Part shown: piece by piece, positions 46,960 through 57,110 of the stretch
Layout of the letters: each line of letters opens with the position of its first letter
Position numbering within the stretch: the first letter of the stretch is position 1
Source: a virus
Length of the DNA: 64,000 nucleotides
IMG/VR virus record: IMGVR_UViG_3300035670_000140
Location: 12,367 to 76,366 of that record
Strand: one strand, 5' to 3'
Notes under the pieces: generated by a model
Told to the model about the DNA's origin: nothing
Seen by the model: only the letters and a program-made list of their open reading frames with translations
Database searches by the model: none
Made by a program: the position numbers and the translations under genes

Positions 46960-48612
46960 ATGGCTAGACAAGATGATGTATATCTTGGCAATCCGCTGCT
47001 TAAAAAAGCAAACGTTGCTATTGATTTCACAAAAGAACAGGTAGAAGAATATATTAAGTGTAAGAACGACCCTGTTTATTTCACAAAACACTACGTCAAG
47101 ATTGTTTCTCTTGATGAAGGTCTAGTTCCGTTTAAAATGTGGGACTTCCAGGAAGAACTTATTATGAAGTTCCACCAAAATAGATTTAACATTGCTAAAC
47201 TTCCTAGACAGACTGGCAAATCCACTACTGTGGTTTCATATCTTTTACATTATATTCTATTCAATGATAATGTCAATATTGGAATTCTAGCAAACAAAGC
47301 ATCTACAGCTAGAGATCTTCTTGCTAGATTAGCAACAGCATACGAAAACTTGCCTAAATGGATTCAGCAAGGTGTTGTTGTGTGGAACAAAGGTAATATT
47401 GAATTAGAGAATGGATCAAAGATCCTTGCTGCTTCGACATCAGCATCTGCTGTTCGAGGAATGTCATTCAACATTATCTTCTTGGACGAATTTGCTTTCG
47501 TTCCAAACCACATTGCTGATTCGTTTTTTGCTTCTGTTTATCCTACAATTACATCAGGTAAAAGTACAAAAGTTATAATCATTTCAACGCCCCAGGGCAT
47601 GAACCACTTCTATAAGATGTGGACTGATGCTGTTAATGGGAAGAATGGATATACTTTCCACGAAGTACACTGGTCTCAGGTTCCAGGTAGGGATGCTAAG
47701 TGGAAAGAAGAAACTATCAAGAACACATCAGAAAGACAGTTTACTCAAGAATTCGAATGTGAATTTTTAGGATCTGTTGATACTTTAATTTCTGCTCCTA
47801 AGTTAAGAGCATTGACATTTGAAGATCCAATAAGCTCCAATAAAGGATTAGATATTTACGAACAACCAAAAGAAAGATCCGAATATTTGATGACGGTTGA
47901 CGTAAGTCGTGGAATTGGTGGAGACTATTCTGCTTTCATTATATTTGATATAACAACAGTTCCATATAGGATAGTAGGAAAATATAGGAACAATGAAGTT
48001 AAACCTATGCTGTTTCCAAATATTATAAACGATCTTGCTAGAGCATATAATAATGCTTGGGTATTATGTGAAGTAAACGATATCGGTGATCAGGTAGCTT
48101 CTATTTTGAATTACGATCTTGAGTATCCTAATGTGCTCATGTGTGCTATGAGAGGTCGTGCTGGGCAGATTGTGGGGCATGGATTCTCTGGTACTAAAAC
48201 TCAACTTGGAGTTAAGATGAGTATAACAGTCAAGAAGGTAGGTTGTGCCAACTTAAAAAGTATTGTAGAAGATGATAAGTTAATTTTTAATGATTACGAT
48301 ATTATCAATGAGCTTACTACATTCATCCAGAAAAAGCAATCCTTTGAAGCAGATGAAGGATTCCATGATGACTTAGTAATGTGTATGGTTATCTTTGCTT
48401 GGTTGGTCCAGCAAGATTACTTCAAAGAAATGACGGATAATGATGTCCGTAAGAGAATATATGATGAACAGAAAAATCAAATTGAACAAGATATGGCTCC
48501 TTTTGGATTCATTACTACTGGTTTAGAAGGAGACGAAGGTTTCGTAGAGGATGGGTCTTTGTGGGAATATGGTGATACTCAAGAAGACGTAGCTTATATG
48601 TGGAACTACTAA
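46960..48612 (+). CDS. gp17: Terminase large subunit gp17
   Basis: 'YLGNPLLK', Walker A 'PRQTGKST', Walker B 'IIFLDEFAF', 'IISTP.G.NHFY', nuclease 'VDVSRG', 'HDDLVM'. No intein. Confidence 0.97.
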   Translation: MARQDDVYLGNPLLKKANVAIDFTKEQVEEYIKCKNDPVYFTKHYVKIVSLDEGLVPFKMWDFQEELIMKFHQNRFNIAKLPRQTGKSTTVVSYLLHYILFNDNVNIGILANKASTARDLLARLATAYENLPKWIQQGVVVWNKGNIELENGSKILAASTSASAVRGMSFNIIFLDEFAFVPNHIADSFFASVYPTITSGKSTKVIIISTPQGMNHFYKMWTDAVNGKNGYTFHEVHWSQVPGRDAKWKEETIKNTSERQFTQEFECEFLGSVDTLISAPKLRALTFEDPISSNKGLDIYEQPKERSEYLMTVDVSRGIGGDYSAFIIFDITTVPYRIVGKYRNNEVKPMLFPNIINDLARAYNNAWVLCEVNDIGDQVASILNYDLEYPNVLMCAMRGRAGQIVGHGFSGTKTQLGVKMSITVKKVGCANLKSIVEDDKLIFNDYDIINELTTFIQKKQSFEADEGFHDDLVMCMVIFAWLVQQDYFKEMTDNDVRKRIYDEQKNQIEQDMAPFGFITTGLEGDEGFVEDGSLWEYGDTQEDVAYMWNY

Positions 48613-48842
48613 TGGACTTAGCAGATCAGTTTTCATTAGATTATTTGATCTTTAAGGAAAGACAATGTAGAAAATGTGGTAAAACTAAAAGTTTGTTGGA
48701 TGATTTTTATTTAACAAGAAAAAATAGACCTACTGTACTTTCGGCATATTCATATGAGTGTAAAGTATGTACAGTAAAACGAATTGTTGAATCTAGAAAA
48801 AAGAAAAAACAAGATGTTTTGTGGGAATATCCAGACTGGTGA
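48612..48842 (+). CDS. Small zinc-finger protein (CxxC...CxxC)
   Basis: TAATG overlap puts the start at 48612; 'RQCRKCGKTKSLLDDFY...YECKVC'. Confidence 0.7.
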   Translation: MDLADQFSLDYLIFKERQCRKCGKTKSLLDDFYLTRKNRPTVLSAYSYECKVCTVKRIVESRKKKKQDVLWEYPDW

Positions 48843-48881
48843 GTGTTCGTGTTTCATTTCCCCACTTGAAATAGAGAAAAT

Positions 48882-48889
48882 AATAAATA
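48882..48889 (+). promoter_or_regulatory. Late promoter (AATAAATA) upstream of gp18
   Basis: NATAAATA in the intergenic gap; AGGAG RBS follows before 48927. Confidence 0.7.
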
Positions 48890-48926
48890 ATTCTAGATTT
48901 AATCTGGATACCTACAGGAGAAAAAC

Positions 48927-50894
48927 ATGGCAAGTCAAATCTCGCCTGGTATTGTAATCAAGGAACGTGACCTCTCTAATGCCGTTGTAACAAATGCACA
49001 AGCAATTGTCGGTGCTTTTGCTTCAACCTTTCAGAAAGGTCCCGTTGGACAGATTGTAAATATCAGTACACAAAGAGAACTATTAGATATTTTCGGCAAA
49101 CCAAATAATGATAATGCTGAGGATTGGTTTGTAGCTTCAGAATTTTTAAACTATGGCGGTAGACTTGCCTTAGTTCGTGTGGAAACTGGTACTAATTCAG
49201 CAAATAGTGGCAACAATAGTGCTTTAAATGTAAAAAACTCCGCCGACTGGGATGCTGGTCTGGGTGCTGGAGAAACTTTTGTTGCTAAGAATCCTGGTGC
49301 TTGGGGCAACTCACTAAAAGTTATTGTTGCTGATAGAGGTGCCGACCAAATCATCACCCTTGCTACTGCTCCTGCCACACCACCTGTTGCTGGTGGTGCT
49401 GTTACTTTTAACGTTGGTGGAACAACCAAAACAGCAGAAGTAATTTCTTACAACGCCACATCAAAAGTTCTAGTTGTTGTTCTAGATGATCCTTCGGTTC
49501 TAATTACAACATCTAATACTCTAGAAGATGGTGCTACCGACGTTGCTATTACCGAAGCAAAAGATTGGTGGAGTAACACTTCAGTAGATGGTATTGCTCT
49601 TTCTTCAATCGGTCCTCGTCCTGGAACTTCACAGTATGCTGTTGATAGAGGAATCAAGTATGACGAAGTTCACGTTGCCGTTGTAGACAGCACTGGAAAT
49701 ATTTCAGGAACTGCTGGAACAATTATCGAGCGTTTAACTTACCTCTCGAAGTTAGAAGATGGTAAAGGAACAGAGAATCAAGTTTCATACTATAAGACAG
49801 CAATCAACGAGTCTTCTGCTTACATCTATACTGGCGCTACCATCGTCGGTGGGTATGCTCCACTTTCGACTGCTGCTGGCGTAGCATGGGCACAAGATTC
49901 TGGTGATTTAAATTCAGGAGATCTTTTCCGTCTTGCCCTAGCTACTTCGACAGCGTTAGCAGATGGTGCCGATGATTATGCTTATGATTCTGGAGAAATT
50001 GGCGATGCCTATGATCTTTTCCTAGAAACAGAAGAGTCAGAAATTGATTTCGTTCTAATGGGCGGTTCAATGGCATCGGAAGCTGATACAAAATTAAAAG
50101 CAGCTTCTGTAGTGGCGGTTGCTCAAACTAGAAAAGACTGTGTTGCTTTTGTTTCTCCTCACAAAGGTAATCAAATTGCTACTTCGGGTGGAGCGTTGAC
50201 AAGAAGTGTACAGAAGTTAAATACAATCAACTTCTTTAATACTCTTTCTTCAACTTCATACGCTGTGTTTGATAGTGGTTATAAGTACATGTATGATCGT
50301 TTCAACGATAAGTATCGTTGGATTCCATGTAACGGAGACGTTGCTGGTTTGTGTGTTTCTACTTCCGCCACTCTTGATGATTGGTATTCACCTGCTGGTA
50401 CAAATCGTGGTGGTCTAAGAAATGCTGTTAAACTAGCATTCAACCCAACACAAGCTGATAGAGACGAACTCTACCAGGCAAGAATCAATCCTATTGTTTC
50501 TTTCCCTGGATCTGGAGTTATTCTATTCGGTGATAAGACTGCTCTTGCTTCTCCTTCTGCTTTTGATAGAATTAACGTTCGTCGTTTATTCCTCAATATT
50601 CAAAAGAGAGCTGAAGAACTTGCTAAGGGAGTTCTATTCGAGCAAAACGATGCTACAACCAGAGTTGGTTTTGCTTCTGCTCTAAACTCATATATGAGTG
50701 AAGTTCAAGCAAGAAGAGGAGTTACCGACTTCCTCGTGGTTTGTGATGAAACTAACAATACTCCAGAAGTTATTGATAGAAACGAGTTTGTTGCTGAAAT
50801 TTATATCAAACCAACCCGTTCTATCAACTACATCACAGTAACTTTAACAGCTACTAAGACTGGTGTATCGTTTAGCGAAGTTATCGGTGCCTGA
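48927..50894 (+). CDS. gp18: Tail sheath protein gp18
   Basis: 'SPGIVIKERDLS', 'FQKGPV', 'RKDCVAFVSP', 'WYSPAG..RG', 'FDRINVRRLF', 'IKPTRSINYI'. Confidence 0.97.
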   Translation: MASQISPGIVIKERDLSNAVVTNAQAIVGAFASTFQKGPVGQIVNISTQRELLDIFGKPNNDNAEDWFVASEFLNYGGRLALVRVETGTNSANSGNNSALNVKNSADWDAGLGAGETFVAKNPGAWGNSLKVIVADRGADQIITLATAPATPPVAGGAVTFNVGGTTKTAEVISYNATSKVLVVVLDDPSVLITTSNTLEDGATDVAITEAKDWWSNTSVDGIALSSIGPRPGTSQYAVDRGIKYDEVHVAVVDSTGNISGTAGTIIERLTYLSKLEDGKGTENQVSYYKTAINESSAYIYTGATIVGGYAPLSTAAGVAWAQDSGDLNSGDLFRLALATSTALADGADDYAYDSGEIGDAYDLFLETEESEIDFVLMGGSMASEADTKLKAASVVAVAQTRKDCVAFVSPHKGNQIATSGGALTRSVQKLNTINFFNTLSSTSYAVFDSGYKYMYDRFNDKYRWIPCNGDVAGLCVSTSATLDDWYSPAGTNRGGLRNAVKLAFNPTQADRDELYQARINPIVSFPGSGVILFGDKTALASPSAFDRINVRRLFLNIQKRAEELAKGVLFEQNDATTRVGFASALNSYMSEVQARRGVTDFLVVCDETNNTPEVIDRNEFVAEIYIKPTRSINYITVTLTATKTGVSFSEVIGA

Positions 50895-50923
50895 TATCAC
50901 AAACAAACTAGAGGTAAAAAACG

Positions 50924-51553
50924 ATGGCAACTAAAATTAACGAGTTTATCACTACTATTGGGCAAGGTGTCAAGCCCAATATGTTCTCCATTGATATTCA
51001 ATGGCCTAGCACTGGATTTGCTAGTGGACAACCAGACAACAATGATAAGGATCTTACAAATATTCTTTGTAAGTCTGCTGCTCTCCCAGCATCCAACCTA
51101 GGTGTAATTGAAGTTCCTTTCCGTGGTCGTACAGTAAAGATCGCTGGAGATAGAACATTTGATACTTGGACTGCTACATTTTTTAATGATAAGGATATGA
51201 AACTACGTTCATACTTTGAGCAGTGGTTGGAAGCGATGAATACCCATGAAGGTAACTACGCTCCTCTATTCGTTCCTAACCAGACTGATGGTTACATGTG
51301 TGATGTTAAAGTTAAGCAGTTAGAGAAGAACGCTAATACTAGCGGTGGTCAAGTTCTAAGAGAATATATTCTCAAGCACTCTTTCCCAACTAACGTTTCT
51401 CAGATTGATCTTGCTTATGATAGCAATGATCAGGTTGAAGAATTCTCAGTTGAATTCCAATATTCATACTGGTTAGTTCAAGCTCCTACTTCAAGTAACA
51501 TTGAAGGTGGTTCAAGCGGAAGAACTGGTACTTCAAAACTGATCGAAAACTGA
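50924..51553 (+). CDS. gp19: Tail tube protein gp19
   Basis: 'LCKSAALPAS', 'VPFRGRTVKIAGDRTFDTWT', 'FPTNVSQIDL.YD...EEFSVEFQY'. Confidence 0.96.
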   Translation: MATKINEFITTIGQGVKPNMFSIDIQWPSTGFASGQPDNNDKDLTNILCKSAALPASNLGVIEVPFRGRTVKIAGDRTFDTWTATFFNDKDMKLRSYFEQWLEAMNTHEGNYAPLFVPNQTDGYMCDVKVKQLEKNANTSGGQVLREYILKHSFPTNVSQIDLAYDSNDQVEEFSVEFQYSYWLVQAPTSSNIEGGSSGRTGTSKLIEN

Positions 51554-51564
51554 TTAAATAAATA
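51553..51564 (+). promoter_or_regulatory. Late promoter(s) (ATTAAATA/AATAAATA) upstream of gp20
   Basis: Overlapping TAAATA cores immediately after the gp19 stop. Confidence 0.65.
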
Positions 51565-51592
51565 GATCTATAGAATAGATCTACACAATACT

Positions 51593-53290
51593 ATGAGTCA
51601 ACTGTTTGGTTTTTTAATTAACAAAAAGGGGGGATTGAAAGGTCAGTCCCCAATCCCCCCAAATCAAGATGATTCGATGGCCACTGTAGCAGGTGGCTAT
51701 TTTGGCACGTATGTAGATGTTGACGGATCTAATGGAAAAAACGAATACGAATTAATTAGAAGATATCGTGATATGGCGTTACACCCAGAGTGTGACTCTG
51801 CTATTGATGAAGTTGTTAATGAATTTGTAGTTAGTGATGCCGACGATTCTCCAGTAGAAATTGAATTGTCTAACTTAGATGTTAGTGCTGGAGTAAAAAA
51901 TAAAATTAGAGATGAATTTAATTATATTAAAAGACTTTTAAATTTTGATAAGAACGCTCATCAAATTATTAGAAATTGGTACATTGATGGACGTACATAT
52001 TACCACAAAGTAATCGATTTAGACAATCCCAAAAAAGGTATACTTGAGTTACGCTACATTGATCCACTCAAGTTACGTAAGGTAAGACAAAAAATTAAAA
52101 GTGCTGAATCAACTAGTCAGATAGCTAGAGGTACAGCATTAGAATACGATTGGGGAGATTATGTAGATTATTATATTTTTAATCCAAAAGGATTTGCTAA
52201 TAATATTACAGTTTCTGCTTCCTATGATTATGCTTCTTCTCAGGGCATAAAGATAGCATCAGATTCTATTGCTTCTTGTACTTCGGGATTAATGGATTTA
52301 AATAAAAAAATTCCATTAAGTTTCTTACACAAAGCGATTAAATCTCTCAATCAATTAAGAATGATTGAGGACTCGCTTGTTATCTATAGATTGTCTCGTG
52401 CTCCAGAACGTAGAATATTCTACATTGATGTTGGAAATCTACCAAAAATTAAAGCCGAACAATATCTTCGTGACGTGATGGCACGTTATAGAAACAAACT
52501 TGTATACGATGCTAGTACAGGAGAGATTCGTGATGATAAAAAGCATATGTCAATGCTTGAAGATTTCTGGTTACCTCGTCGTGAAGGTGGTAGAGGAACT
52601 GAGATCACTACACTCCCAGGCGGTCAAAACCTTGGTGAGCTCAAGGATGTTGAGTATTTCAAAAAGAAACTTTACAACTCACTCAACTTACCACCTTCCC
52701 GCCTTACGGATGACAACAAGGGGTTTAATCTTGGTAAGACCACAGAGGTTCTCAGGGATGAACTAAAGTTTGCCAAGTTTATCGGTCGCCTCCGTAAGAG
52801 ATTTGGTGAGTTGTTTCATGACATGCTTAAGACTCAACTCATTCTAAAAGGAGTTATTGCTCCAGAAGATTGGGATGATATGGAAGAACATATTCAATAT
52901 GACTTCCTGTTTGATAATCATTTCAATGAACTAAAAGAACAAGAAATGATGTTACAAAGAATTAATCTTGTAACTCAAATGGATCCTTATGTTGGTAAGT
53001 ATTTCTCTGTAGATTATATCCGTCGTCAAATCCTCCAGCAAACCGAGAAGGAGATGAAGGAAATTAATAAACAAATGAAATCTGATATTGATTCTGGTGT
53101 GGCAATAGATCCAACTCAAACAAATATGTTTGATACTATGGATCGCCAGAATGCTGCCTTTGCCCCAGAAATTCAGGATATACAAGCAAAAGATTCAGCA
53201 GAAAGAGAACAAGAAGCTGCTGATGCTAACTTGGATAGAGAAATGAAAAAGATGAAAGCAGCAGGACCAACTACAAAATCTACTAAATAA
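51593..53290 (+). CDS. gp20: Portal vertex protein gp20
   Basis: 'LIRRYRDMALHPECDSAI', 'WYIDGR', 'IYRLSRAPERRIFYIDVGNLPK.KAEQYL', 'EDFWLPRREGGRGTEITTLPGG'. Confidence 0.98.
   Translation: MSQLFGFLINKKGGLKGQSPIPPNQDDSMATVAGGYFGTYVDVDGSNGKNEYELIRRYRDMALHPECDSAIDEVVNEFVVSDADDSPVEIELSNLDVSAGVKNKIRDEFNYIKRLLNFDKNAHQIIRNWYIDGRTYYHKVIDLDNPKKGILELRYIDPLKLRKVRQKIKSAESTSQIARGTALEYDWGDYVDYYIFNPKGFANNITVSASYDYASSQGIKIASDSIASCTSGLMDLNKKIPLSFLHKAIKSLNQLRMIEDSLVIYRLSRAPERRIFYIDVGNLPKIKAEQYLRDVMARYRNKLVYDASTGEIRDDKKHMSMLEDFWLPRREGGRGTEITTLPGGQNLGELKDVEYFKKKLYNSLNLPPSRLTDDNKGFNLGKTTEVLRDELKFAKFIGRLRKRFGELFHDMLKTQLILKGVIAPEDWDDMEEHIQYDFLFDNHFNELKEQEMMLQRINLVTQMDPYVGKYFSVDYIRRQILQQTEKEMKEINKQMKSDIDSGVAIDPTQTNMFDTMDRQNAAFAPEIQDIQAKDSAEREQEAADANLDREMKKMKAAGPTTKSTK
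53283..53289 (+). promoter_or_regulatory. Late promoter (CTAAATA)
   Basis: TAAATA core overlapping the end of gp20, upstream of 53312. Confidence 0.55.
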
Positions 53291-53311
53291 AATATAAGAA
53301 TGAGTTAAGTT

Positions 53312-53506
53312 ATGAGTGATCAACCGCTAGATTCAGAAGTTCTTGATGTTGTCAATTTGATTGCCGACAAAAAGAGAGGCGATGCTTTAGATAAAATTAA
53401 TGATATTTTATTTGCTAAAGCATCAGAAACAATTGATACGTATAAAAAGACTGTTGCCTCAACTTATTTTGATGAACCAACAGACACAACTCTAGAAGAC
53501 CAATGA
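53312..53506 (+). CDS. Small acidic head-region protein (64 aa), positional analogue of prohead core proteins
   Basis: Located between gp20 and gp21; ATGA overlap with gp21. Confidence 0.7.
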   Translation: MSDQPLDSEVLDVVNLIADKKRGDALDKINDILFAKASETIDTYKKTVASTYFDEPTDTTLEDQ

Positions 53507-54147
53507 AACTAATCACAGAGAATATTGAAGATGTAAAAATCCTCATTGAGGAGAAAGGTGGAAAAAAGCAACTCTATATTGAAGGAGTATTTCTTCAAGC
53601 AGAGTTAAAGAATAGAAATGGAAGAGTATATCCATTCAATGTTCTCAGTCGTGAAGTTGAAAGGTATAACGAAGAGTACATTAGACCAGGAAGAGCTCTA
53701 GGAGAACTTGGTCATCCAGATGGACCTACTGTAAATTTGGATAGAGTTTCCCACAAGATTACTTCACTAAGAGCAGAAGGAAATAATTTCATTGGTAAAG
53801 CAAGAATTCTTGATACACCAATGGGTAAGATTGCCAAGAATCTTTTAGATGAAGGAGTTCAACTTGGTGTATCTTCAAGAGGAATGGGTTCCTTAGAAGA
53901 GCAAAATGGTGTGAAATATGTACGTGACGATTTCATGCTTGCTACTGCTGCTGATATTGTAGCAGATCCATCTGCTCCTGATGCTTTTGTACAAGGTATC
54001 ATGGAAGGAAAAGAATGGGTTTGGGATAATGGTATTTTAAAAGAGTACCAAGTTTCTGAATACAAAAAATATATTTCAGAAGCAACCCGCAAAAATATGG
54101 AAGAGAGAACGCTCAAAGTTTTTGAGAATTTCTTGTCAAATCTGTAA
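53503..54147 (+). CDS. gp21: Prohead protease gp21
   Basis: 'MKLITE', 'IEGVFLQ...NRNGRVY', 'ALGELGHP', 'LGVSSRGMGSL', 'DIVADPSAPDAFV'. Confidence 0.97.
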   Translation: MKLITENIEDVKILIEEKGGKKQLYIEGVFLQAELKNRNGRVYPFNVLSREVERYNEEYIRPGRALGELGHPDGPTVNLDRVSHKITSLRAEGNNFIGKARILDTPMGKIAKNLLDEGVQLGVSSRGMGSLEEQNGVKYVRDDFMLATAADIVADPSAPDAFVQGIMEGKEWVWDNGILKEYQVSEYKKYISEATRKNMEERTLKVFENFLSNL

Positions 54148-54150
54148 TTT

Positions 54151-54158
54151 AATAAATA
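54151..54158 (+). promoter_or_regulatory. Late promoter (AATAAATA) upstream of gp22
   Basis: NATAAATA just after the gp21 stop. Confidence 0.7.
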
Positions 54159-54198
54159 ATCATAGAATAATCATTAGAACTTACGAGGGAAAACTCAA

Positions 54199-55374
54199 AT
54201 GTCAGATATGCTAAACGAAAAGTTTGAGGAGTTTGCAAGTGAGCATTCCGCTATCCTTTCTGAGGCTGGCGATTCAATGCCCACAGTAACTGCTTCTGTT
54301 ATTCCTGGAACTCAAGCTGCTACAGGTCAATCCAACACAGCTGTCAACGCTAAAGCAAGTGCTGGCGAAGGAGCTACAGGTCATGCTGCTCCTCTCCAAC
54401 CATCCATTGCTATTGGTCAAAAGGCTCCTGCCGAGGTTAATAGTGTAACCACTACTCCACACGAGCATGATGAAGATGGCGATGAGAACCCAGGCGCTAA
54501 AGCAGCTGCTCCTATTTCTGCTGGCATTTCTGGAGAACCAAATCGTGGTGCTTCAAACACCGATCTTCCTAATGGCACCGCTCCTAAGTTTGGTGCTCAG
54601 ATCGCTTATGGAACCCACGAAGGTCCACATGTAACATATCCAATCAAACCCTCGTTTGAAGAAATTGATATGTCTGCCGATGTTGCTGCTCTAACCGAAG
54701 GTACAGACCTTTCAGAAGAGTTCAAAGAAAAAGCAACTACAATCTTTGAGGCTGCCGTTAAATCAAAACTGTCTGAAGAGTGGAATAAATTAGAAGAACA
54801 GTTTGAAACTAAAGTTTCTGAGCAAGTTGAAGCTGTTAAGAACGAACTTGCTGAGGAAGTACATGGCATCCTCACCTACGCTATCAATAGATGGCTTGAA
54901 GAAAATCAAGTATCTATTGATCGTGGGGTAAGAAATGAGATCACTGAAGATTTTATTGCTGGTCTCAAAAACCTCTTTGAGGAACACTATATTACCATTC
55001 CCGACGAAAAAGTTGATGTCGTCGAAGGAATAACTGAAGATCTTTGTAAGATGGAGGAGCGCCTAAACGAACAGATTGAGCGCAATATTGAACTTCAAAA
55101 TCGTCTTAATGAGTCATCTAAAAAAGTTATTCTGAACCAAGTTTCAGAAGGTCTGGTAGATACACAAAAAGACAAGTTAGCTTCACTTGCTGAAGGAGTT
55201 GAATTTACTTCGGAAGAAGAATTCACTAAGAAACTCACAACTATCAAGGAGTCATATTTCCCTAAGGAAGGTGCTCCTAAGTCAGAAGCTACAGATGAAA
55301 CACCAGTTGAGTCTGAAGAAATTTCACCAGCAATGGCTGTATATCTTCAGGCAATGTCTCGCTGGAATAAGTGA
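54199..55374 (+). CDS. gp22: Prohead core scaffold gp22
   Basis: 'LSEEFKEKATTIFEAAV', 'EDFIAGLKNLFEEHYI.IPDEK', 'KL.TIKESYF'; acidic; located before gp23. Confidence 0.95.
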   Translation: MSDMLNEKFEEFASEHSAILSEAGDSMPTVTASVIPGTQAATGQSNTAVNAKASAGEGATGHAAPLQPSIAIGQKAPAEVNSVTTTPHEHDEDGDENPGAKAAAPISAGISGEPNRGASNTDLPNGTAPKFGAQIAYGTHEGPHVTYPIKPSFEEIDMSADVAALTEGTDLSEEFKEKATTIFEAAVKSKLSEEWNKLEEQFETKVSEQVEAVKNELAEEVHGILTYAINRWLEENQVSIDRGVRNEITEDFIAGLKNLFEEHYITIPDEKVDVVEGITEDLCKMEERLNEQIERNIELQNRLNESSKKVILNQVSEGLVDTQKDKLASLAEGVEFTSEEEFTKKLTTIKESYFPKEGAPKSEATDETPVESEEISPAMAVYLQAMSRWNK

Positions 55375-55378
55375 TCTT

Positions 55379-55386
55379 TATAAATA
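55379..55386 (+). promoter_or_regulatory. Late promoter (TATAAATA) upstream of gp23
   Basis: Exact consensus; GGAG RBS before 55426. Confidence 0.8.
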
Positions 55387-55425
55387 TTATCAATCCACTT
55401 AACTTTCAAACAAACGGAGAAACAA

Positions 55426-56844
55426 ATGTTTAACGCAGAACATCTCCAGGAAAAGTGGTCACCAGTTCTCAATCACGGCGAAGCTCCTGCTATCCAGGAT
55501 CGCTATAAGAGAGCAGTTACCTCTGTCCTCCTGGAAAACCAAGAAAGAGCTATGAGAGAAGAGCGTGGCATCCTCAATGAGGTTGCTGTGAACTCTCTTG
55601 GTGCTGGAACCATTTCACCTGCTGGTTCAGCTCTAGCTTCATCAAACACCGCTGGTCTTGCTGGTTTCGACCCAGTTCTAATCAGCCTAGTTCGTCGTGC
55701 TATGCCTAACCTCATGGCTTACGATATCTGTGGTGTTCAACCAATGAGCGGTCCTACAGGACTAATCTTTGCTATGAGATCTCGTTACGAGAACCAGGGC
55801 GGCGAAGAGGCACTCTTCAACGAGCCTGACACTGGATTCACTGGTGGTTATGACGCTTCACAAGGAGACTATGCTGTTCGTGCTGGCGACGGTACTTCAG
55901 TTGGTGGCGGTTCTACTTCTGATGGTAACAACCCAGCTCTTCTCAATGATTCTTCACCTGGAACCTACGAAGTAGGCACCAAGATGAGCCGTGAAGATCT
56001 TGAGCGTATGGGCGAATCAGGTCGTCTGTTCCGTGAGATGTCATTCAGCATTGAGAAGACTTCTGTTACTGCTCAGTCCAGAGCTCTCAAAGCTGAGTAC
56101 ACTCTAGAACTCGCTCAGGACCTCAAGGCTATTCATGGTCTTGATGCCGAGCAAGAACTCGCTAACATTCTTTCTAGCGAAGTTCTCGCTGAGATCAACC
56201 GTGAAGTTGTTCGTAGAGTTTACAAGGTTGCTAAGAAAGGTGCTCAGAACAACGTTGCTAACGCTGGCATCTTCGACCTCGACGTTGATTCAAACGGTCG
56301 TTGGTCTGTTGAGAAGTTCAAGGGTCTTCTATTCCAGATTGAGCGTGATGCTAACGCTATCGCTCAAGAGACTCGTAGAGGCAAGGGCAACTTCCTCATC
56401 TGCTCAGCTGACGTTGCTTCAGCTCTAGCGATGGCGGGTGTTCTTGACTACACTTCAGGTCTAACTGGTGCTGGTGGTCCTTCCATCGGTCAGGTAGATG
56501 ACACTGGTAACCTCGCTGTTGGTACAATCAATGGCAGAATTAAGGTCTTCGTTGATCCTTATGCTGCTAACCTAAGCGACAAGCACTACTATGTCATCGG
56601 TTATAAGGGCACCTCACCTTATGACGCTGGTCTCTTCTATTGCCCATACGTTCCTCTCCAAATGGTTCGTTCGATCGATCCTAACACCTTCCAGCCTAAG
56701 ATTGGCTTCAAGACCCGTTATGGTATGGTCAGCAACCCATTCGTAACCACCAACGGTGCTTACAATGGTACTCCAGATGGCGAGACCCTCACTGCCAACG
56801 CCAACATGTACTACAGAAGAGTACAAGTTATCAACCTCATGTGA
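55426..56844 (+). CDS. gp23: Major capsid protein gp23
   Basis: 'EKWSPVL', 'FDPVLISLVRRAMPNL.AYD.CGVQPM.GPTGLIFAMR', 'SRALKAEYTLELAQDLKAIHGLDAE', 'FQPKIGFKTRYG'; strongly biased codon usage. Confidence 0.99.
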   Translation: MFNAEHLQEKWSPVLNHGEAPAIQDRYKRAVTSVLLENQERAMREERGILNEVAVNSLGAGTISPAGSALASSNTAGLAGFDPVLISLVRRAMPNLMAYDICGVQPMSGPTGLIFAMRSRYENQGGEEALFNEPDTGFTGGYDASQGDYAVRAGDGTSVGGGSTSDGNNPALLNDSSPGTYEVGTKMSREDLERMGESGRLFREMSFSIEKTSVTAQSRALKAEYTLELAQDLKAIHGLDAEQELANILSSEVLAEINREVVRRVYKVAKKGAQNNVANAGIFDLDVDSNGRWSVEKFKGLLFQIERDANAIAQETRRGKGNFLICSADVASALAMAGVLDYTSGLTGAGGPSIGQVDDTGNLAVGTINGRIKVFVDPYAANLSDKHYYVIGYKGTSPYDAGLFYCPYVPLQMVRSIDPNTFQPKIGFKTRYGMVSNPFVTTNGAYNGTPDGETLTANANMYYRRVQVINLM

Positions 56845-56867
56845 TCAAATACACACAAAGGTTATCT

Positions 56868-56891
56868 GGGGGACTTCGGTCCCCCTTTTTT
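56868..56891 (+). terminator. Rho-independent terminator with C(UUCG)G tetraloop after gp23
   Basis: gggggac-ttcg-gtccccc followed by tttttt; the UUCG loop is typical of T4-type terminators. Confidence 0.92.
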
Positions 56892-56923
56892 GTTGCCTAG
56901 ATATTGTAAAGCATTTAATACCA

Positions 56924-57085
56924 ATGAGAGGATCTGTATCTAAGAATGACATTTTACTGAAACTTTACAAGTTAAAGAATAAACTTTATTCTAAAGACTA
57001 TCATAATTGGAATCAAGATCAATACGATGCTGCCGATACAATGTTAAATGAGATATTCGATCTACTATCAGAATATGCCAGATAA
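56924..57085 (+). CDS. Small hypothetical protein (53 aa)
   Basis: MRGSVSKNDILLKLYKLKNKLYS...LSEYAR; the plausible start lies downstream of the gp23 terminator. Confidence 0.65.
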   Translation: MRGSVSKNDILLKLYKLKNKLYSKDYHNWNQDQYDAADTMLNEIFDLLSEYAR

Positions 57086-57088
57086 ATA
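57081..57088 (+). promoter_or_regulatory. Late promoter (GATAAATA) upstream of gp3
   Basis: NATAAATA 22 nt before the ATG at 57111. Confidence 0.65.
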
Positions 57089-57110
57089 CTAGTGCTACGG
57101 AAAACTTGAT

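Noticed and set aside
48612-48842. Homing endonuclease next to the terminase
   Set aside because: Only a 76-aa zinc-finger-like segment is present, with no HNH, GIY-YIG or endonuclease VII catalytic motif.
56756-56923. 5' extension of the 109-aa ORF overlapping gp23
   Set aside because: It crosses the gp23 stop and terminator; the ATG at 56924 is the plausible start.
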